Below, piece after piece: positions 26,200-36,466 of a stretch of 64,000 nt of DNA. The notes beneath the pieces were generated by a model. That model was given only the letters and a program-made list of their open reading frames with translations, was not told the origin of the DNA and did no database searches. This stretch comes from Parcubacteria group bacterium Gr01-1014_20 (GTDB lineage Bacteria; Patescibacteriota; Minisyncoccia; UBA6257; 2-01-FULL-56-20). The translations under genes and the position numbers were made by a program. The stretch is taken from the NCBI GenBank assembly GCA_007376265.1, contig VMFW01000006.1:10930-74929 (forward strand). The letters are read 5' to 3'. Positions within the stretch are counted from its first letter, which is position 1; every line of letters starts with the position of its first letter.

Positions 26200-26237
26200 C
26201 AAATCCTAGTGAGGGTACAATAAGCAATAAGATCCAG

Positions 26238-27341
26238 CTATCCTTGCTCAAGGCCTTCGAGGAGTTTTTTTATTTCAGGATTAATCTTCTTGGGAGCCTT
26301 AATGACAAAACTCACTAGTAGGTCGCCTCGACCAAAATTGCCGATGCGGGGCATGCCTTCGCCTTTAATTTTAAGATCCTCTTTTAGGTTAAAGTGGGGG
26401 GGGATTTCGAGGTTGAGTTTGCCACCGGCAATGGTGGAAACTTCGATTTTTTTCCCAATTAACAAATCTAAGATATTTAATTCTTTTCTAATAACTAGGT
26501 CTTCGCCACGACGAAAGAAGGTGTCGTGAGGTTTAATTCTGATTCGGAAATAGAGATCCCCTACTCCAGCGCCACGTTCCCCGGCTTCACCCGAACCAGT
26601 GATTTTTATAAGCTGGTCGTTTTCGATGCCGGGTAAAATTTCTACGGTGACCTGTCTTTCGCCTTCCACTCGTCCGTTTCCCCGACAAACTCTACAAATT
26701 TTATTTGGAATTTGACCGGTGCCACGACACGGAACACAGTTTTTTACTTGATAGAAACTGCCAAAAAAGGTTCGGCTTTGCTCTTTGATTTCACCCTGAC
26801 CGGCGCAAACCGAACAGGTTGTATATCCAGCCTTTTCATCGCCGCCCTTGCCTTTGCATTCTTCACAACGAGTTAGCGTTTTTATTTTCACATGCTTGAT
26901 TGCTCCCCGGAAGGCTTCTTCGAGCGTTATTTCGATACCGACTTCGATGTCTGCGCCCCGGTGATACGTCTTTCTTCTCGGCTTAACACCCAACCCCTCA
27001 AAAAAATTGTCAAAAATTTCACTAAAATCACCGGCGTCCCCGTAGAATTGACCGTCCCAATTTACCCCCGGACCATTACCCGGAAAACCTCCCCAGCTTC
27101 CCCCAGGATTGCCACCGAAACCCTGGCCGTAGGAGTCAGCGGCACCAAACCGGTCGTAATTGGAACGTTTGTTCTTGTCCGATAAGATTTGGTAGGCCTC
27201 GTTGATTTCCTTAAACTTCTTTTCGTCACCGCCTTTTTTATCAGGATGATGTTCGTGAGCGAGTTTGCGGTAGGCTTTCTTAATTTCTTCTTCTGAGGCG
27301 CTTTTACTTACCCCTAAAGTTTTGTAGTAATCCTTTGGCAT
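26238..27341 (-). CDS. dnaJ: molecular chaperone DnaJ
   Basis: From the internal ATG at 27341: [34 protein letters not shown] (J domain). A G/F-rich region and four CxxCxGxG zinc-finger repeats follow. The N-terminal 60 aa of the track ORF are a spurious extension. Confidence 0.9.
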   Translation of the reverse strand: MPKDYYKTLGVSKSASEEEIKKAYRKLAHEHHPDKKGGDEKKFKEINEAYQILSDKNKRSNYDRFGAADSYGQGFGGNPGGSWGGFPGNGPGVNWDGQFYGDAGDFSEIFDNFFEGLGVKPRRKTYHRGADIEVGIEITLEEAFRGAIKHVKIKTLTRCEECKGKGGDEKAGYTTCSVCAGQGEIKEQSRTFFGSFYQVKNCVPCRGTGQIPNKICRVCRGNGRVEGERQVTVEILPGIENDQLIKITGSGEAGERGAGVGDLYFRIRIKPHDTFFRRGEDLVIRKELNILDLLIGKKIEVSTIAGGKLNLEIPPHFNLKEDLKIKGEGMPRIGNFGRGDLLVSFVIKAPKKINPEIKKLLEGLEQG

Positions 27342-27349
27342 ATTTTTGG

Positions 27350-28372
27350 TTATAGTTTGACAGTTTCTTTCATGCGATTTTCTCCGGCCATATGTAAGAA
27401 GTTGATGCCAAGGAGCAGTTGCATCACGGTGAAAGCCAAGAAAGACGCAACAAAGGAAACCAGGATGCCAACGCCCTTGGCGATGAGGAAGAAAATTAAG
27501 AGCCATCCGGCCAAAAACCAATTACCCATGCTGTTTTTCCATTTCTCGAGAGTGGCTATCATGAGTTTATAAAAAATTTCGTTGGTTGGGTTTTCACCAC
27601 TTATCGCAGTCTGAAAGCGATTGCCCAGTTCCTTGATGAATTGACGGGCTTCGTTTTCAATGGAGCTTTCCTTGTCCTTGGGAGTGAGAGCTTTAAATTC
27701 CTCGAGGTTCTCCAGCTTGAAAACGGCAATATCTCTGGCCAGTTTTTCGATGGTTGAGTTAACATCAACTTCTGGATAGAGACGCTTAGTTATGCCGGAG
27801 CTCCAGGCGTAAACCGTCTGAAAGCCTTCGGGGGTGACGAATATATTTTGAATGTTGATATTGTCCACGTTTACTTTTGGGAGGTATAGGATAACGAACA
27901 TGATGGCGAGTGCCGTAGCCATACTACTGATTTTTAAGCGCGAAGTTTTGTAAAATTTGATCTCTAAGCTGTTTGAGAGAAATTGACGACTGGTAATTTC
28001 GCCGATGGTTGATAAGAGAAGCATGAGTCCGCCAGTGACGAAAAGGACTCCATCGGCTCGATCATAGAAAAAAGAGAGGAGCGCGATTACTTCTAAAACC
28101 ATGATCAGGGACCGACGTTGAAGGCTTGAGACAGCAAAAACTTCGACGGTGGTTAAAATTAAGAAAAGTAAAAGGCTAGCCGCGAGGATTCCGAAGCGGA
28201 CGTTTCCAAGCAGGTAGGTTTTGTAGGAAAAACTTAAGAGAAGGGCCGAGGCGACCGTCAGAATATCCAGGACCAGTCCTTTATAAAAGCCGGGTGGACG
28301 AACAGGTGACGTGTCTAGCGGCACCTGTTTCATGAAGTTTTGTTGCTGAAATTGACCGTTCATAAGGCTCAA
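27350..28372 (-). CDS. polytopic membrane protein, hypothetical (between dnaK and dnaJ)
   Basis: 340 aa with at least 6 predicted TM helices and no recognisable motif. Confidence 0.45.
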   Translation of the reverse strand: MSLMNGQFQQQNFMKQVPLDTSPVRPPGFYKGLVLDILTVASALLLSFSYKTYLLGNVRFGILAASLLLFLILTTVEVFAVSSLQRRSLIMVLEVIALLSFFYDRADGVLFVTGGLMLLLSTIGEITSRQFLSNSLEIKFYKTSRLKISSMATALAIMFVILYLPKVNVDNINIQNIFVTPEGFQTVYAWSSGITKRLYPEVDVNSTIEKLARDIAVFKLENLEEFKALTPKDKESSIENEARQFIKELGNRFQTAISGENPTNEIFYKLMIATLEKWKNSMGNWFLAGWLLIFFLIAKGVGILVSFVASFLAFTVMQLLLGINFLHMAGENRMKETVKL

Positions 28373-28411
28373 AAAATGAGAAGGGCCTCTTGACTCTACG
28401 ACTGGGCGCTA

Positions 28412-30316
28412 TTAAGAGGTTGGGGTTTCCGGGCTTTTAGGTTCTTCGGGGTTTGGGGGAATTGGTTCGTTTGGGCTAGCGTCTTTATTCTGCCCTTGAT
28501 TTTGATTGTACATCATTTGGCCAATCTTTTGAATTTCAGCGGAGAGGTTGGCGGAGGCGGATTTTAAGGATTCCAGATCTCCGGTTTCTTTAATTTTTTT
28601 GAGCTCCTCGATTTTTTCCTCCACGGGCTTTTTCACGTCTTCGGAAATCTTATCCCCCGCGTCTCGAAGAGATTTTTCAGAAACGTAGATTAAACTTTCG
28701 GCCTGATTTTTGGCTTCCACCAGTTCTCTCTTTTTCCCATCTTCTGCCGCATTTTCAGCTGCCTCTCGTTTTAGTTTTTCCACTTCGTCTTTGGAGAGAT
28801 TAGTTGAGGCCTCAATTTTTACGGATTGAGTTTTGCCACTAGCTTTATCTTTGGCTGATACGTTTAGAATGCCGTTCGCGTCGATATCAAAAGTAACTTC
28901 CACTTGAGGAACGCCTCGGGGTGACGGGGGGAGACCATCTAAAATAAAGCGAGCTAGGGTTTTATTGTCGGAGGCCAGGGGCCGTTCACCTTGTAGTACA
29001 TGAATTTCAACTGAAGTTTGATTGTCTCCGGCAGTTGAAAAGATTTGAGTTTTAGCGGTGGGAACCGTGGTGTTTTTTTCGATCATCGGGGTAGCCACAC
29101 TTCCAAGGGTTTCGATGCTTAACGTTAGCGGAGTAACATCGAGCAAAAGGATATCCTTGACGTCACCCTGGAGGATACCGCCTTGAGTGGCGGCTCCGAG
29201 CGCCACTACTTCATCGGGATTGATGCCTTTATGGGGTTCTTTTCCAAAGAGCTTTTTAACGGCATCGTTTATGGCCGGCATCCGAGTTTGGCCACCGACC
29301 AAGATAACCTCGTTGATTTCCTCCAGTTTGAAGCCAGCTCCTTTTGGCGCGACGGCGGTGACGGTTTCCCTGGTGAGTTTTATGGAATGTTCGATGTAGT
29401 CGTGAACTAGTTCCTCGAGCTTTGCTCGTGAAAGTTTCATAGCAAAGTGTTTGGGCCCGGAGGCGTCGGATGTTATGTATGGCAGGTTGATATCTGTCTC
29501 GGCGGCGGAAGAGAGTTCGTGTTTAGCGCGTTCTGCAACTTCCTTAAGACGTTGAAGGGCTAGCGCATCTTTTGATAGATCGATTCCCTCTTGTTTTTTA
29601 TATTCCGCAACTAAATATTCATTGATTTTTTTGTCGAAGTCGTCTCCGCCTAAGTGGGTGTCCCCTCCGGTGGCTTTAACTTCGACTGTATTGTCGGCGA
29701 TTTCGAGAACGGAGATATCAAAAGTTCCTCCACCAAAATCGTAAACGACAATTTTCTCATTTTTTTGCTTGTCTAAACCGTAGGCCAGAGCGGCGGCGGT
29801 GGGTTCGTTGATTATTCTTCTAACTTTTAAACCAGCAATTTCACCGGCATTTTTCGTGGCTTGTCTTTGAGAGTCATCGAAGTAAGCCGGGACAGTGATG
29901 ACGGCCTCTTCGATTTTTTCACCCAGTTTAGCTTCGGCATCGCTTTTTAACTTGGTTAAGAGGGCCGCCGAAATTTCTTCAGGGACGTACCAACGGTCTC
30001 CCATTTTAACCTCGATGCCACCACTTCCAGATTCTTTGATTTCATATGGAAGCCAGGCTTTATCACGTTGTACTTCTGCGTCGGTCCACTTGCGACCAAT
30101 TAATCTTTTGACCGAAAAAATTGTGTTTTTTGGATTGGTAACTGCTTGCCGTTTGGCGAGAGTGCCGACGATGCGGTCGGTGTTTTTGTTGACGGCGACA
30201 ATCGAAGGGGTGGTTCGATTCCCTTCGGCGTTTTCAAGAATCTCGGCTTCACCACCTTTAACGACTGCAACGGCGGAGTTGGTTGTTCCAAGATCTATAC
30301 CTAGAATTTTTGGCAT
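28412..30316 (-). CDS. dnaK: molecular chaperone DnaK (Hsp70)
   Basis: [22 protein letters not shown] and [11 protein letters not shown] are Hsp70 signatures. 634 aa. Confidence 0.95.
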   Translation of the reverse strand: MPKILGIDLGTTNSAVAVVKGGEAEILENAEGNRTTPSIVAVNKNTDRIVGTLAKRQAVTNPKNTIFSVKRLIGRKWTDAEVQRDKAWLPYEIKESGSGGIEVKMGDRWYVPEEISAALLTKLKSDAEAKLGEKIEEAVITVPAYFDDSQRQATKNAGEIAGLKVRRIINEPTAAALAYGLDKQKNEKIVVYDFGGGTFDISVLEIADNTVEVKATGGDTHLGGDDFDKKINEYLVAEYKKQEGIDLSKDALALQRLKEVAERAKHELSSAAETDINLPYITSDASGPKHFAMKLSRAKLEELVHDYIEHSIKLTRETVTAVAPKGAGFKLEEINEVILVGGQTRMPAINDAVKKLFGKEPHKGINPDEVVALGAATQGGILQGDVKDILLLDVTPLTLSIETLGSVATPMIEKNTTVPTAKTQIFSTAGDNQTSVEIHVLQGERPLASDNKTLARFILDGLPPSPRGVPQVEVTFDIDANGILNVSAKDKASGKTQSVKIEASTNLSKDEVEKLKREAAENAAEDGKKRELVEAKNQAESLIYVSEKSLRDAGDKISEDVKKPVEEKIEELKKIKETGDLESLKSASANLSAEIQKIGQMMYNQNQGQNKDASPNEPIPPNPEEPKSPETPTS

Positions 30317-30336
30317 ATATTTTTAACTTATTATTA

Positions 30337-30837
30337 TTAACTTTCGACTTGTTTTACTTGTTTTTTTGATATTTTTACTCGAGCGGCTCTTAGCATTTTC
30401 CCATTAAGCCTGTATCCGGGCTCTATGATTTCGACGATTGAGCCGGGTGGTCTGTCGGACTCAATTTCAGTGATGGCTTCAGCTGTGCCAGGATTAAAGG
30501 GGTCGCCAGCCGCGACTTCTATCTTTTCGAGACCACGCTTCTTGAGAATATCGGCAATTTGGGAACGGATCATGTAGATGCCTTTCTCAACCGGGCCGGA
30601 TTTTTCAAGAGCCGCTAGGCCGAGATCGAAATTGTCCATGACTGTGACGAGTTCCCCAACTAAGTCTTCGAGACCATACTTGGCTATTTCTTCCAGGCGT
30701 TTCAGTTCCTCCTTCTTATAATTAATAAAATCAGCTTTGGCTCTTTGCCACCCCAAGAGGTATTCGTTCTTTTCCTTTTCGGCCTGCTCGAGCTTTTTCT
30801 CGAGTGATTCGCTATTTTTTTGATCTGCCTCGTCCAT
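30337..30837 (-). CDS. grpE: nucleotide exchange factor GrpE
   Basis: 166 aa with an N-terminal coiled coil and a C-terminal GrpE beta-domain. Sits in the hrcA-grpE-dnaK order. Confidence 0.85.
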   Translation of the reverse strand: MDEADQKNSESLEKKLEQAEKEKNEYLLGWQRAKADFINYKKEELKRLEEIAKYGLEDLVGELVTVMDNFDLGLAALEKSGPVEKGIYMIRSQIADILKKRGLEKIEVAAGDPFNPGTAEAITEIESDRPPGSIVEIIEPGYRLNGKMLRAARVKISKKQVKQVES

Positions 30838-31522
30838 TTTTTATATCTTTTAATCCTTTAAATGTTTTGACGACTTTTTTGTAGTTCATTCTTTTTGGCC
30901 CTACGCCCGCAAGAATAATTGAATCTCCTCCGATATCGCAGCGCTCAATGATTACGGAAAGTTCCTGGCTGTCAGTAATGGGGCTCTGACCAATAAAAAT
31001 TTGCATGGTGCCCGCTTTTTGCATGTTGTTTGTTGAAACTTTTCTAATTCTTGCGTCGATTTCTTCAAAATCTTTTATGACTCGACGAACCTCTTCGGTG
31101 GTCTCCCAACTGATTTGATCCAGAAGGGTTTCGAGGCCGCTTTTGTAAACGATGTCATCCGATTTTGGATCGATGACACTTAGAAGCCCGAGGTTCTTGG
31201 AAAGACTGGTTGAAAAGTTGGACCAGTCTGAGCTTATGAAGAAACCGACTATTTCCTGATCGAGAGCTGGTTCGAGCGCCTCATCTTCGAGAATCGTTTG
31301 AATGTAGAATTCGTACCCGCGATTGCTAGGAACCCGCCCCGCGGAATGGTGAGGTTGTTCTAAAAAACCAAGTTCAGTAAGCTCCTCGAGTTCGTGCCGG
31401 ATCATGGCTGGTTTGATGTCAAAATTATAGTTGTTAAAAAGCCAGTTTGAGCTGACAGGCTCGCCGGTTTTTATAAAACTTTTAACAGTGGCTGCGAGGA
31501 TGTTTTCTAGTCTGGGATTCAT
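30812..31522 (-). CDS. hrcA: heat-inducible transcription repressor HrcA (short form)
   Basis: From the internal ATG at 31522: MNPRLENILAATVKSFIKTGEPVSSNWL (winged HTH). First gene of the dnaK operon. A CIRCE element lies 21 nt upstream. Confidence 0.8.
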   Translation of the reverse strand: MNPRLENILAATVKSFIKTGEPVSSNWLFNNYNFDIKPAMIRHELEELTELGFLEQPHHSAGRVPSNRGYEFYIQTILEDEALEPALDQEIVGFFISSDWSNFSTSLSKNLGLLSVIDPKSDDIVYKSGLETLLDQISWETTEEVRRVIKDFEEIDARIRKVSTNNMQKAGTMQIFIGQSPITDSQELSVIIERCDIGGDSIILAGVGPKRMNYKKVVKTFKGLKDIKNGRGRSKK

Positions 31523-31542
31523 TGGTTGGTATTCTAACTTAA

Positions 31543-31569
31543 TTGGCAATCGTGTCAAGAGAGTGCCAA
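31543..31569 (-). promoter_or_regulatory. CIRCE-like operator (TTGGCAATC-N9-GAGTGCCAA) with an embedded promoter TTGACA-N16-TAGAAT
   Basis: 3 mismatches to the CIRCE consensus TTAGCACTC-N9-GAGTGCTAA. On the gene strand the repeat spacer contains TTGACA (31553-31558), and TAGAAT follows 16 nt later (31531-31536). The ATG is about 9 nt past the -10. Confidence 0.55.
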
Positions 31570-31633
31570 TTCCGCCATGGGCGGAATCGAATTATGAATA
31601 CTGAATTAGGAATTATGGTATTTAGAAAATGAA

Positions 31634-31655
31634 AAAGGGGCGGATGGGTTCCGCC
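31634..31655 (-). terminator. intrinsic terminator after the small zinc-ribbon ORF
   Basis: The minus strand reads GGGGCGGA-accca-TCCGCCCC followed by TTTTTCATTTT. Confidence 0.5.
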
Positions 31656-31670
31656 CCTCTTGTCTCGGGT

Positions 31671-31862
31671 CTATTTTTTCATTCGAAGAATGACACAGCG
31701 CGCAGGATCTTGTCGATTAAGGCTCTCGAGTCTTGCTTTTTTTCTTACCACCGGATTCCAGGCGCTGCAGTCTCGACAATTTTTGAGAGAAACTTGAATT
31801 TGATTACCGCAACAGTCACATTTCCAGCGATAAATTCTACCATCACTGCTCCCCTCTCTCAT
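31671..31862 (-). CDS. small zinc-ribbon protein (63 aa, CxC…CxxC…CxxC)
   Basis: WKCDCCGNQIQVSLKNCRDCSAWNP. The terminator is immediately downstream. Preferred over the overlapping plus-strand ORF 31629-31886, whose composition is non-protein-like. Confidence 0.4.
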   Translation of the reverse strand: MREGSSDGRIYRWKCDCCGNQIQVSLKNCRDCSAWNPVVRKKARLESLNRQDPARCVILRMKK

Positions 31863-31961
31863 TTCAAGACCCTCCTCCTTTTTTAAAATAACTAGACCCC
31901 AAGTATCCGTCTCGGACGTTTCTTTGTCAAATAATCAGCCGAATATGTTAAAATCGTATGG

Positions 31962-32867
31962 ATGAGCATAATTAAGGGGAAAATTAGCTGGGTTGATATT
32001 TTAAATCCTGATAAAAATAATCTTGAATGGTTGAGGAATGAATTTAAATTCAGCCACTTGGTTTTAGATCAACTGAAAGCTCCGTCGCCACTTTCAATAA
32101 TCCAAGCCCACCACGATTATCTTTTTTTAATTTACTACTTCCCAATTTATGACCCGGAGGAAAAGGTTTCCCGCCGGGCCGAAATTGATTTTTTAATCAC
32201 AAAGAAGGGAGTGGTGACCGTTAGGTATGACGAGATCGAGACTTTCACTCACCTACTCGCTTCTTTAAAACCAGAAAACAAGTATTTTGACGACTCTTTG
32301 GTTTTGGTTCACAAACTGATCAAATCCCTCCTTCAATTTCAAAATCGACAACTCGGTCACATACGAGAGAAGCTCGAAGTAATTAGCGGAGAGCTTTTCA
32401 AGGACTTGGAAAGAGAACGTGAGAGGGGGCTTTTAGAACGCATTTCTTTTGTAAAAAGGGATATTTCTCAGTATCGAATAATTGTGAGACCTCAGGCCCA
32501 TATTCTAAAATCATTTTTTGAGGTAGGCTGCGGCTTTTTGGGCTCGGATTGCCGACTTTACTCAAGCGATCTACTGGGTGAACAAATGAAGATTATGGAT
32601 CAACTGGAGGATTATCGGCAAGCGGTGGAGGATTCCGAAACAACCAACCTCCAGCTCATCAACCTTAAGAACAGCCAGGTGATTAAAACTTTTACCATTA
32701 TGGCGTTCCTCACCTTCCCGATGGTTCTTTTCGCGACCTTATTCAGCATGAACACCGTAGACACCCCGATTGTGACCCAGCCGCACGGGTTCTGGATTGT
32801 TTTAGGGTTTATGTTGGTGGCAGTGGGCGGAATGGTTCTTTACTTTAAGAAGAAGGATTGGTTGTAG
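31962..32867 (+). CDS. corA: CorA-family divalent cation (Mg2+/Co2+) transporter
   Basis: 301 aa with two C-terminal TM helices and the CorA-like loop …FSMNTVDTP… (GMN-type motif variant). Confidence 0.65.
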   Translation: MSIIKGKISWVDILNPDKNNLEWLRNEFKFSHLVLDQLKAPSPLSIIQAHHDYLFLIYYFPIYDPEEKVSRRAEIDFLITKKGVVTVRYDEIETFTHLLASLKPENKYFDDSLVLVHKLIKSLLQFQNRQLGHIREKLEVISGELFKDLERERERGLLERISFVKRDISQYRIIVRPQAHILKSFFEVGCGFLGSDCRLYSSDLLGEQMKIMDQLEDYRQAVEDSETTNLQLINLKNSQVIKTFTIMAFLTFPMVLFATLFSMNTVDTPIVTQPHGFWIVLGFMLVAVGGMVLYFKKKDWL

Positions 32868-32903
32868 TTGAGGTTTTTTGTTTCGAGTGTTAGTTTTACC
32901 TAG

Positions 32904-34289
32904 ATGGAAATCCAACTTTTTGATACTCTGAGCGGTAAAAAAGAATCGCTCGAGGAACATTCTAAAACCTTGCGGCTTTTTGTTTGTGGGCCAACTGTCA
33001 ACGATGTTTCTCATATCGGGCATGGACGAACCTACCTGGTTTTCGACGCGTTGGTTAAATTCTTGAAAGCAGCTGGGAGACCCGTTTTGTATTTGCAAAA
33101 TATCACTGACGTTGATGACAAGATCATTGCGCGAGCAAAGAAGGATGGAGTAACATCAAAAAGCGTAGCGGAAAAGTTTTTGAAAGAATACAAGCGAGAC
33201 ATGAGGTGTCTTGGTATTGATTCAGTTTCTAAATACGCCGAGGCGACTAAGTTTATCCCTCAGATTGTGCGTCAGGTAAAAAAGCTTATTCTAAAAGGTT
33301 TTGCATATGAAATTCCCGAAGATGGTTATTACTTCGATGTTTCAAAGTTTGCGGATTATGGAAAACTTTCACGAAGAACAGTGGCTCAGGCCGAAGATTC
33401 GGTGAGCCGAATTGACGATGGGATAAAAAAGAAAAATCGCGGAGATTTTGCCTTATGGAAATTTTCTAAACCCGATGAGCCGAAGTGGAAGACGTCGATT
33501 GGAGAGGGGCGTCCAGGATGGCACATTGAGGACACGGCCATATCGGAGCGATTTTTTGGTCCACAGTATGATTTGCACGGGGGTGGAATGGACTTAAAAT
33601 TTCCACACCACGAGGCGGAGATAGCTCAACAGGAAGCGGCGTCTTCGAAAAAGCCTTTTGTGAAAATTTGGCTTCATACCGGGGCGCTCACGATCAATGG
33701 AACAAAGATGTCTAAGAGTTTAGGAAACTTTCTTACTATCCAGGACTTTCTAGCTAAATATTCTGCCGAGGTTTTGAGGTTGATGGTTTTAAGTTTTCAT
33801 TATCGAACGCCATTTGATTACAGTGATGACGTGGCGGATGAGAACTCAAAAAAATGGAGTGGAATTCTAGAGTTTGTGTCTAAATTACGGGTTTCTCGGA
33901 AAGCACAGCGCAAGGATTCCGAGATTCTGGCTAGTGATCTCAAAAAACGTTTCCTAACTCCCCTTTGTGATGATTTTAACACCTCACTCGCCCTGGCCGA
34001 GCTTTTAAAATTTATTAGTGAAGTTCAACCCAGGATTTGGACTCTCTCGAGGGGAGAGGCTAAACGAATCGAAGCCCAGGTTTTGGAGGTTTTGAAGATT
34101 CTCGGCTTTAGAGTCAAATTGCCTAGAATTCCGACTAAAATTGTGAAATTAGCTAAGAATCGAGAGAAATCCCGAGGAAGTAAACAGTTTGCGCAGTCTG
34201 ACGCCTTGAGAAAAAGAATAAATGCTTTAGGATATGGGCTAGACGACACGCCCCTTGGACCATTTTTATGGCCTAAGGAGTCGAGCTAG
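32904..34289 (+). CDS. cysS: cysteine--tRNA ligase
   Basis: CGPTVNDVSHIGHGRTY (HIGH) and KMSKSLGN (KMSKS). 461 aa. Confidence 0.9.
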   Translation: MEIQLFDTLSGKKESLEEHSKTLRLFVCGPTVNDVSHIGHGRTYLVFDALVKFLKAAGRPVLYLQNITDVDDKIIARAKKDGVTSKSVAEKFLKEYKRDMRCLGIDSVSKYAEATKFIPQIVRQVKKLILKGFAYEIPEDGYYFDVSKFADYGKLSRRTVAQAEDSVSRIDDGIKKKNRGDFALWKFSKPDEPKWKTSIGEGRPGWHIEDTAISERFFGPQYDLHGGGMDLKFPHHEAEIAQQEAASSKKPFVKIWLHTGALTINGTKMSKSLGNFLTIQDFLAKYSAEVLRLMVLSFHYRTPFDYSDDVADENSKKWSGILEFVSKLRVSRKAQRKDSEILASDLKKRFLTPLCDDFNTSLALAELLKFISEVQPRIWTLSRGEAKRIEAQVLEVLKILGFRVKLPRIPTKIVKLAKNREKSRGSKQFAQSDALRKRINALGYGLDDTPLGPFLWPKESS

Positions 34290-34293
34290 CTCT

Positions 34294-35655
34294 ATGTCAA
34301 AAAAGGACAATCCTCTCAAATTACCTCCGAATAATGTTGAAGCCGAACAGTCTGTTTTGGGCGCTATTTTAATTGATAAAGACGCGATTATCCGCGTAGC
34401 GGATGTTTTGAGAGCGGAAGATTTTTACCTACCGATTCATGAGAAGATTTTTCGAGCGATGCTCGAACTCCATGGTAAAAACCAGCCGGTTGATATTTTA
34501 AGCTTAACCAGTCGACTTCGGGAACTTGGGGATCTAGAAGGAGTAGGTGGATCAAGCTATCTAGCCGATCTAACAAATCAGGTTCCGACGGCTTCGCATA
34601 TCGCTAATTATGCGAAAATTGTTAAGGACAAAAAAATTCTCAGAGACCTAATTAAGGCTTCCGCTGAAATTACCGAGGATGCGCTTATGGAGTCGGACGA
34701 TGTTGAGGATCTGATGGACTTGATTGAGCAAAAGATTTTATCCATTTCACAAAAATCTCTTTCCCAAAACTTTATTCACATCAAGGAGGAACTTAAGTCA
34801 GCTTATGATCGAATTGAAAAGCTTCACCGAGGTGATGGAGCCCTAAGAGGGACCCCTACCGGATTTAAGGGTTTAGACAACCTTCTTTCTGGATTGCAGA
34901 AGTCGGATCTCATCGTTTTGGGGGCTAGGCCATCTCTTGGAAAAACCGCTTTAGCACTCGACATCGTTCGGCACGCGGCGCTCAAAGGCAAAGCTTCGGT
35001 TGGTTTTTTCTCGCTCGAGATGTCTAGGGAACAGGTCATAGATCGGTTGATTTCCGCCGAATCGCAGGTACCACTTTGGAAACTCCGAACCGGAAGAATT
35101 ACAGACGACAGCGAATTTGAAATGATTCAGTACTCTCTCGACAGGCTTTCGAATGCTTCGATTTTTATAGACGACACCCCCTCGCCGAATATTCTACAGA
35201 TGCGTTCGATGGGGCGACGACTTCAGATGGAACATGGATTAGACTTACTTGTTGTGGATTATCTGCAACTTGTTATGCCTAGGACGAGCAACGAAAACTT
35301 AGTCCAACAAATAACTGAAATTTCGCGGGGTCTAAAAGCGTTAGCTAGGGAATTAAAGGTTCCGGTTTTGGCCCTTTCCCAACTTTCTCGTGGCGTAGAG
35401 CAGCGTGAGCAAAAACAACCTAGGCTTTCCGACCTAAGAGATTCGGGGAGTATTGAGCAAGACAGCGATGTAGTTCTCTTTATTTATCGAAAGGACCGAG
35501 ATCGGAACGACCTGACCACCGAGGAGCAAAATACGGCTCAAATTATTGTGGCTAAGCATCGAAACGGTCCTTTGGGGTCAGTAATGCTAAAGTTTGATCA
35601 AGAGCGTGTAAGTTTCAGGGATATGGAGGAAAGATTTGGCGAGGAGCCGTTCTAG
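34294..35655 (+). CDS. dnaB: replicative DNA helicase DnaB
   Basis: From the ATG at 34294: MSKKDNPLKLPPNNVEAEQSVLGAILID (DnaB N-domain). Walker A GARPSLGKTALAL and a RecA-like C-terminus. The track ORF starts 39 nt earlier. Confidence 0.9.
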   Translation: MSKKDNPLKLPPNNVEAEQSVLGAILIDKDAIIRVADVLRAEDFYLPIHEKIFRAMLELHGKNQPVDILSLTSRLRELGDLEGVGGSSYLADLTNQVPTASHIANYAKIVKDKKILRDLIKASAEITEDALMESDDVEDLMDLIEQKILSISQKSLSQNFIHIKEELKSAYDRIEKLHRGDGALRGTPTGFKGLDNLLSGLQKSDLIVLGARPSLGKTALALDIVRHAALKGKASVGFFSLEMSREQVIDRLISAESQVPLWKLRTGRITDDSEFEMIQYSLDRLSNASIFIDDTPSPNILQMRSMGRRLQMEHGLDLLVVDYLQLVMPRTSNENLVQQITEISRGLKALARELKVPVLALSQLSRGVEQREQKQPRLSDLRDSGSIEQDSDVVLFIYRKDRDRNDLTTEEQNTAQIIVAKHRNGPLGSVMLKFDQERVSFRDMEERFGEEPF

Positions 35656-35675
35656 ATCATGAATCGTGGATCTTT

Positions 35676-35704
35676 CCTCCGGAGGAGGATCCGCCTCGGG
35701 CGGA
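35676..35704 (+). repeat. two-hairpin motif, copy 2 (CCTCC-gga-GGAGG AT CCGCC-tcg-GGCGG A)
   Basis: Same architecture as copy 1 at 26171-26199. Both stems carry compensatory substitutions (CCACC/GGTGG versus CCTCC/GGAGG; CCGTC/GGCGG versus CCGCC/GGCGG). Confidence 0.7.
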
Positions 35705-35777
35705 GAATCTTGAAATATGGAGCTTGAAACACGGTTTTTGCTTGACACTTAGTGCTCGATACAGGAAACTTCTAGGG

Positions 35778-36380
35778 ATGATTTTGCCGGATAAGGTTAA
35801 AAGAATTATTGAAAGGTTATCTGAATGGCCATCCATTGGACCGCGACAGGCTACGCGGTTGGCTTTTTACTTAGTTGGGCGGGGCAATGGAAGTCTCAGG
35901 GAGGCGGTGGCGGATTTAAATTCTCTGCAGGATATTAAGCTTTGCGAAAACTGTTTTTTTGTGCACGAAAACAGTGGGGCTTTGTGTAATATTTGCGGAG
36001 ATTCAAATCGGAAGACAAGTATTATTGCCGTCATAGAGAAGGAAACCGACTTAATTTCAATAGAAAACACGCGTAAATTTAATGGACGCTACTTTATAAT
36101 CGGTCCCCTTTCGCGCTTAGGGGTTTTAGGTGTTTGGCAGAAGAACCGCTTGGATAAACTCAAAACTTTTATTCAAAGGGATTTAGACGGTAAAGCTGAT
36201 GAGATTATATTGGCTCTTAATCCGACCACGGGGGGAGATTTTGGCGCCACTATATTGGTGAAGGAACTATCCCCTCTTGCCAATAGAATTACGCGTTTGG
36301 GACGAGGTTTGCCGATGGGAGGAGAGATTGAGTTTGCCGATGATGAGACGTTGAGCGAGGCGCTTGCAAAGAGGAATTGA
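35778..36380 (+). CDS. recR: recombination protein RecR
   Basis: LSEWPSIGPRQATRLAFYLV (HhH), a C4 zinc finger CENCFFVHENSGALCNIC, and a Toprim domain. The conserved start is the ATG at 35778; the track ORF begins at 35724. Confidence 0.85.
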   Translation: MILPDKVKRIIERLSEWPSIGPRQATRLAFYLVGRGNGSLREAVADLNSLQDIKLCENCFFVHENSGALCNICGDSNRKTSIIAVIEKETDLISIENTRKFNGRYFIIGPLSRLGVLGVWQKNRLDKLKTFIQRDLDGKADEIILALNPTTGGDFGATILVKELSPLANRITRLGRGLPMGGEIEFADDETLSEALAKRN

Positions 36381-36466
36381 TTTGAATTTTCGGCTGTGAT
36401 AAATTTTTAGTAGCCAATTATTGCTAAATACGACTTCCGAAAACTTACAGCTCAAAGGAGGATGTA

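Noticed and set aside
27342-27521. 60-aa N-terminal extension of the dnaJ ORF in the track. Similar extensions occur on dnaB (34255-34293), recR (35724-35777), hrcA (31523-31558), trmD (9024-9107) and the exonuclease gene (63630-63782)
   Set aside because: The conserved family N-termini (J domain [11 protein letters not shown], DnaB MSKKDNPL, RecR MILPDKVKRIIERL, HrcA MNPRLENIL, TrmD start near MELKKKK, exonuclease MPKLVFDIETIG) begin at internal ATGs. The extensions have junk-like composition.
31629-31886. 85-aa plus-strand ORF upstream of corA
   Set aside because: It has a poor start context and sits opposite a minus-strand zinc-ribbon ORF that is followed by a clear terminator. The plus-strand frame reads through that terminator hairpin.
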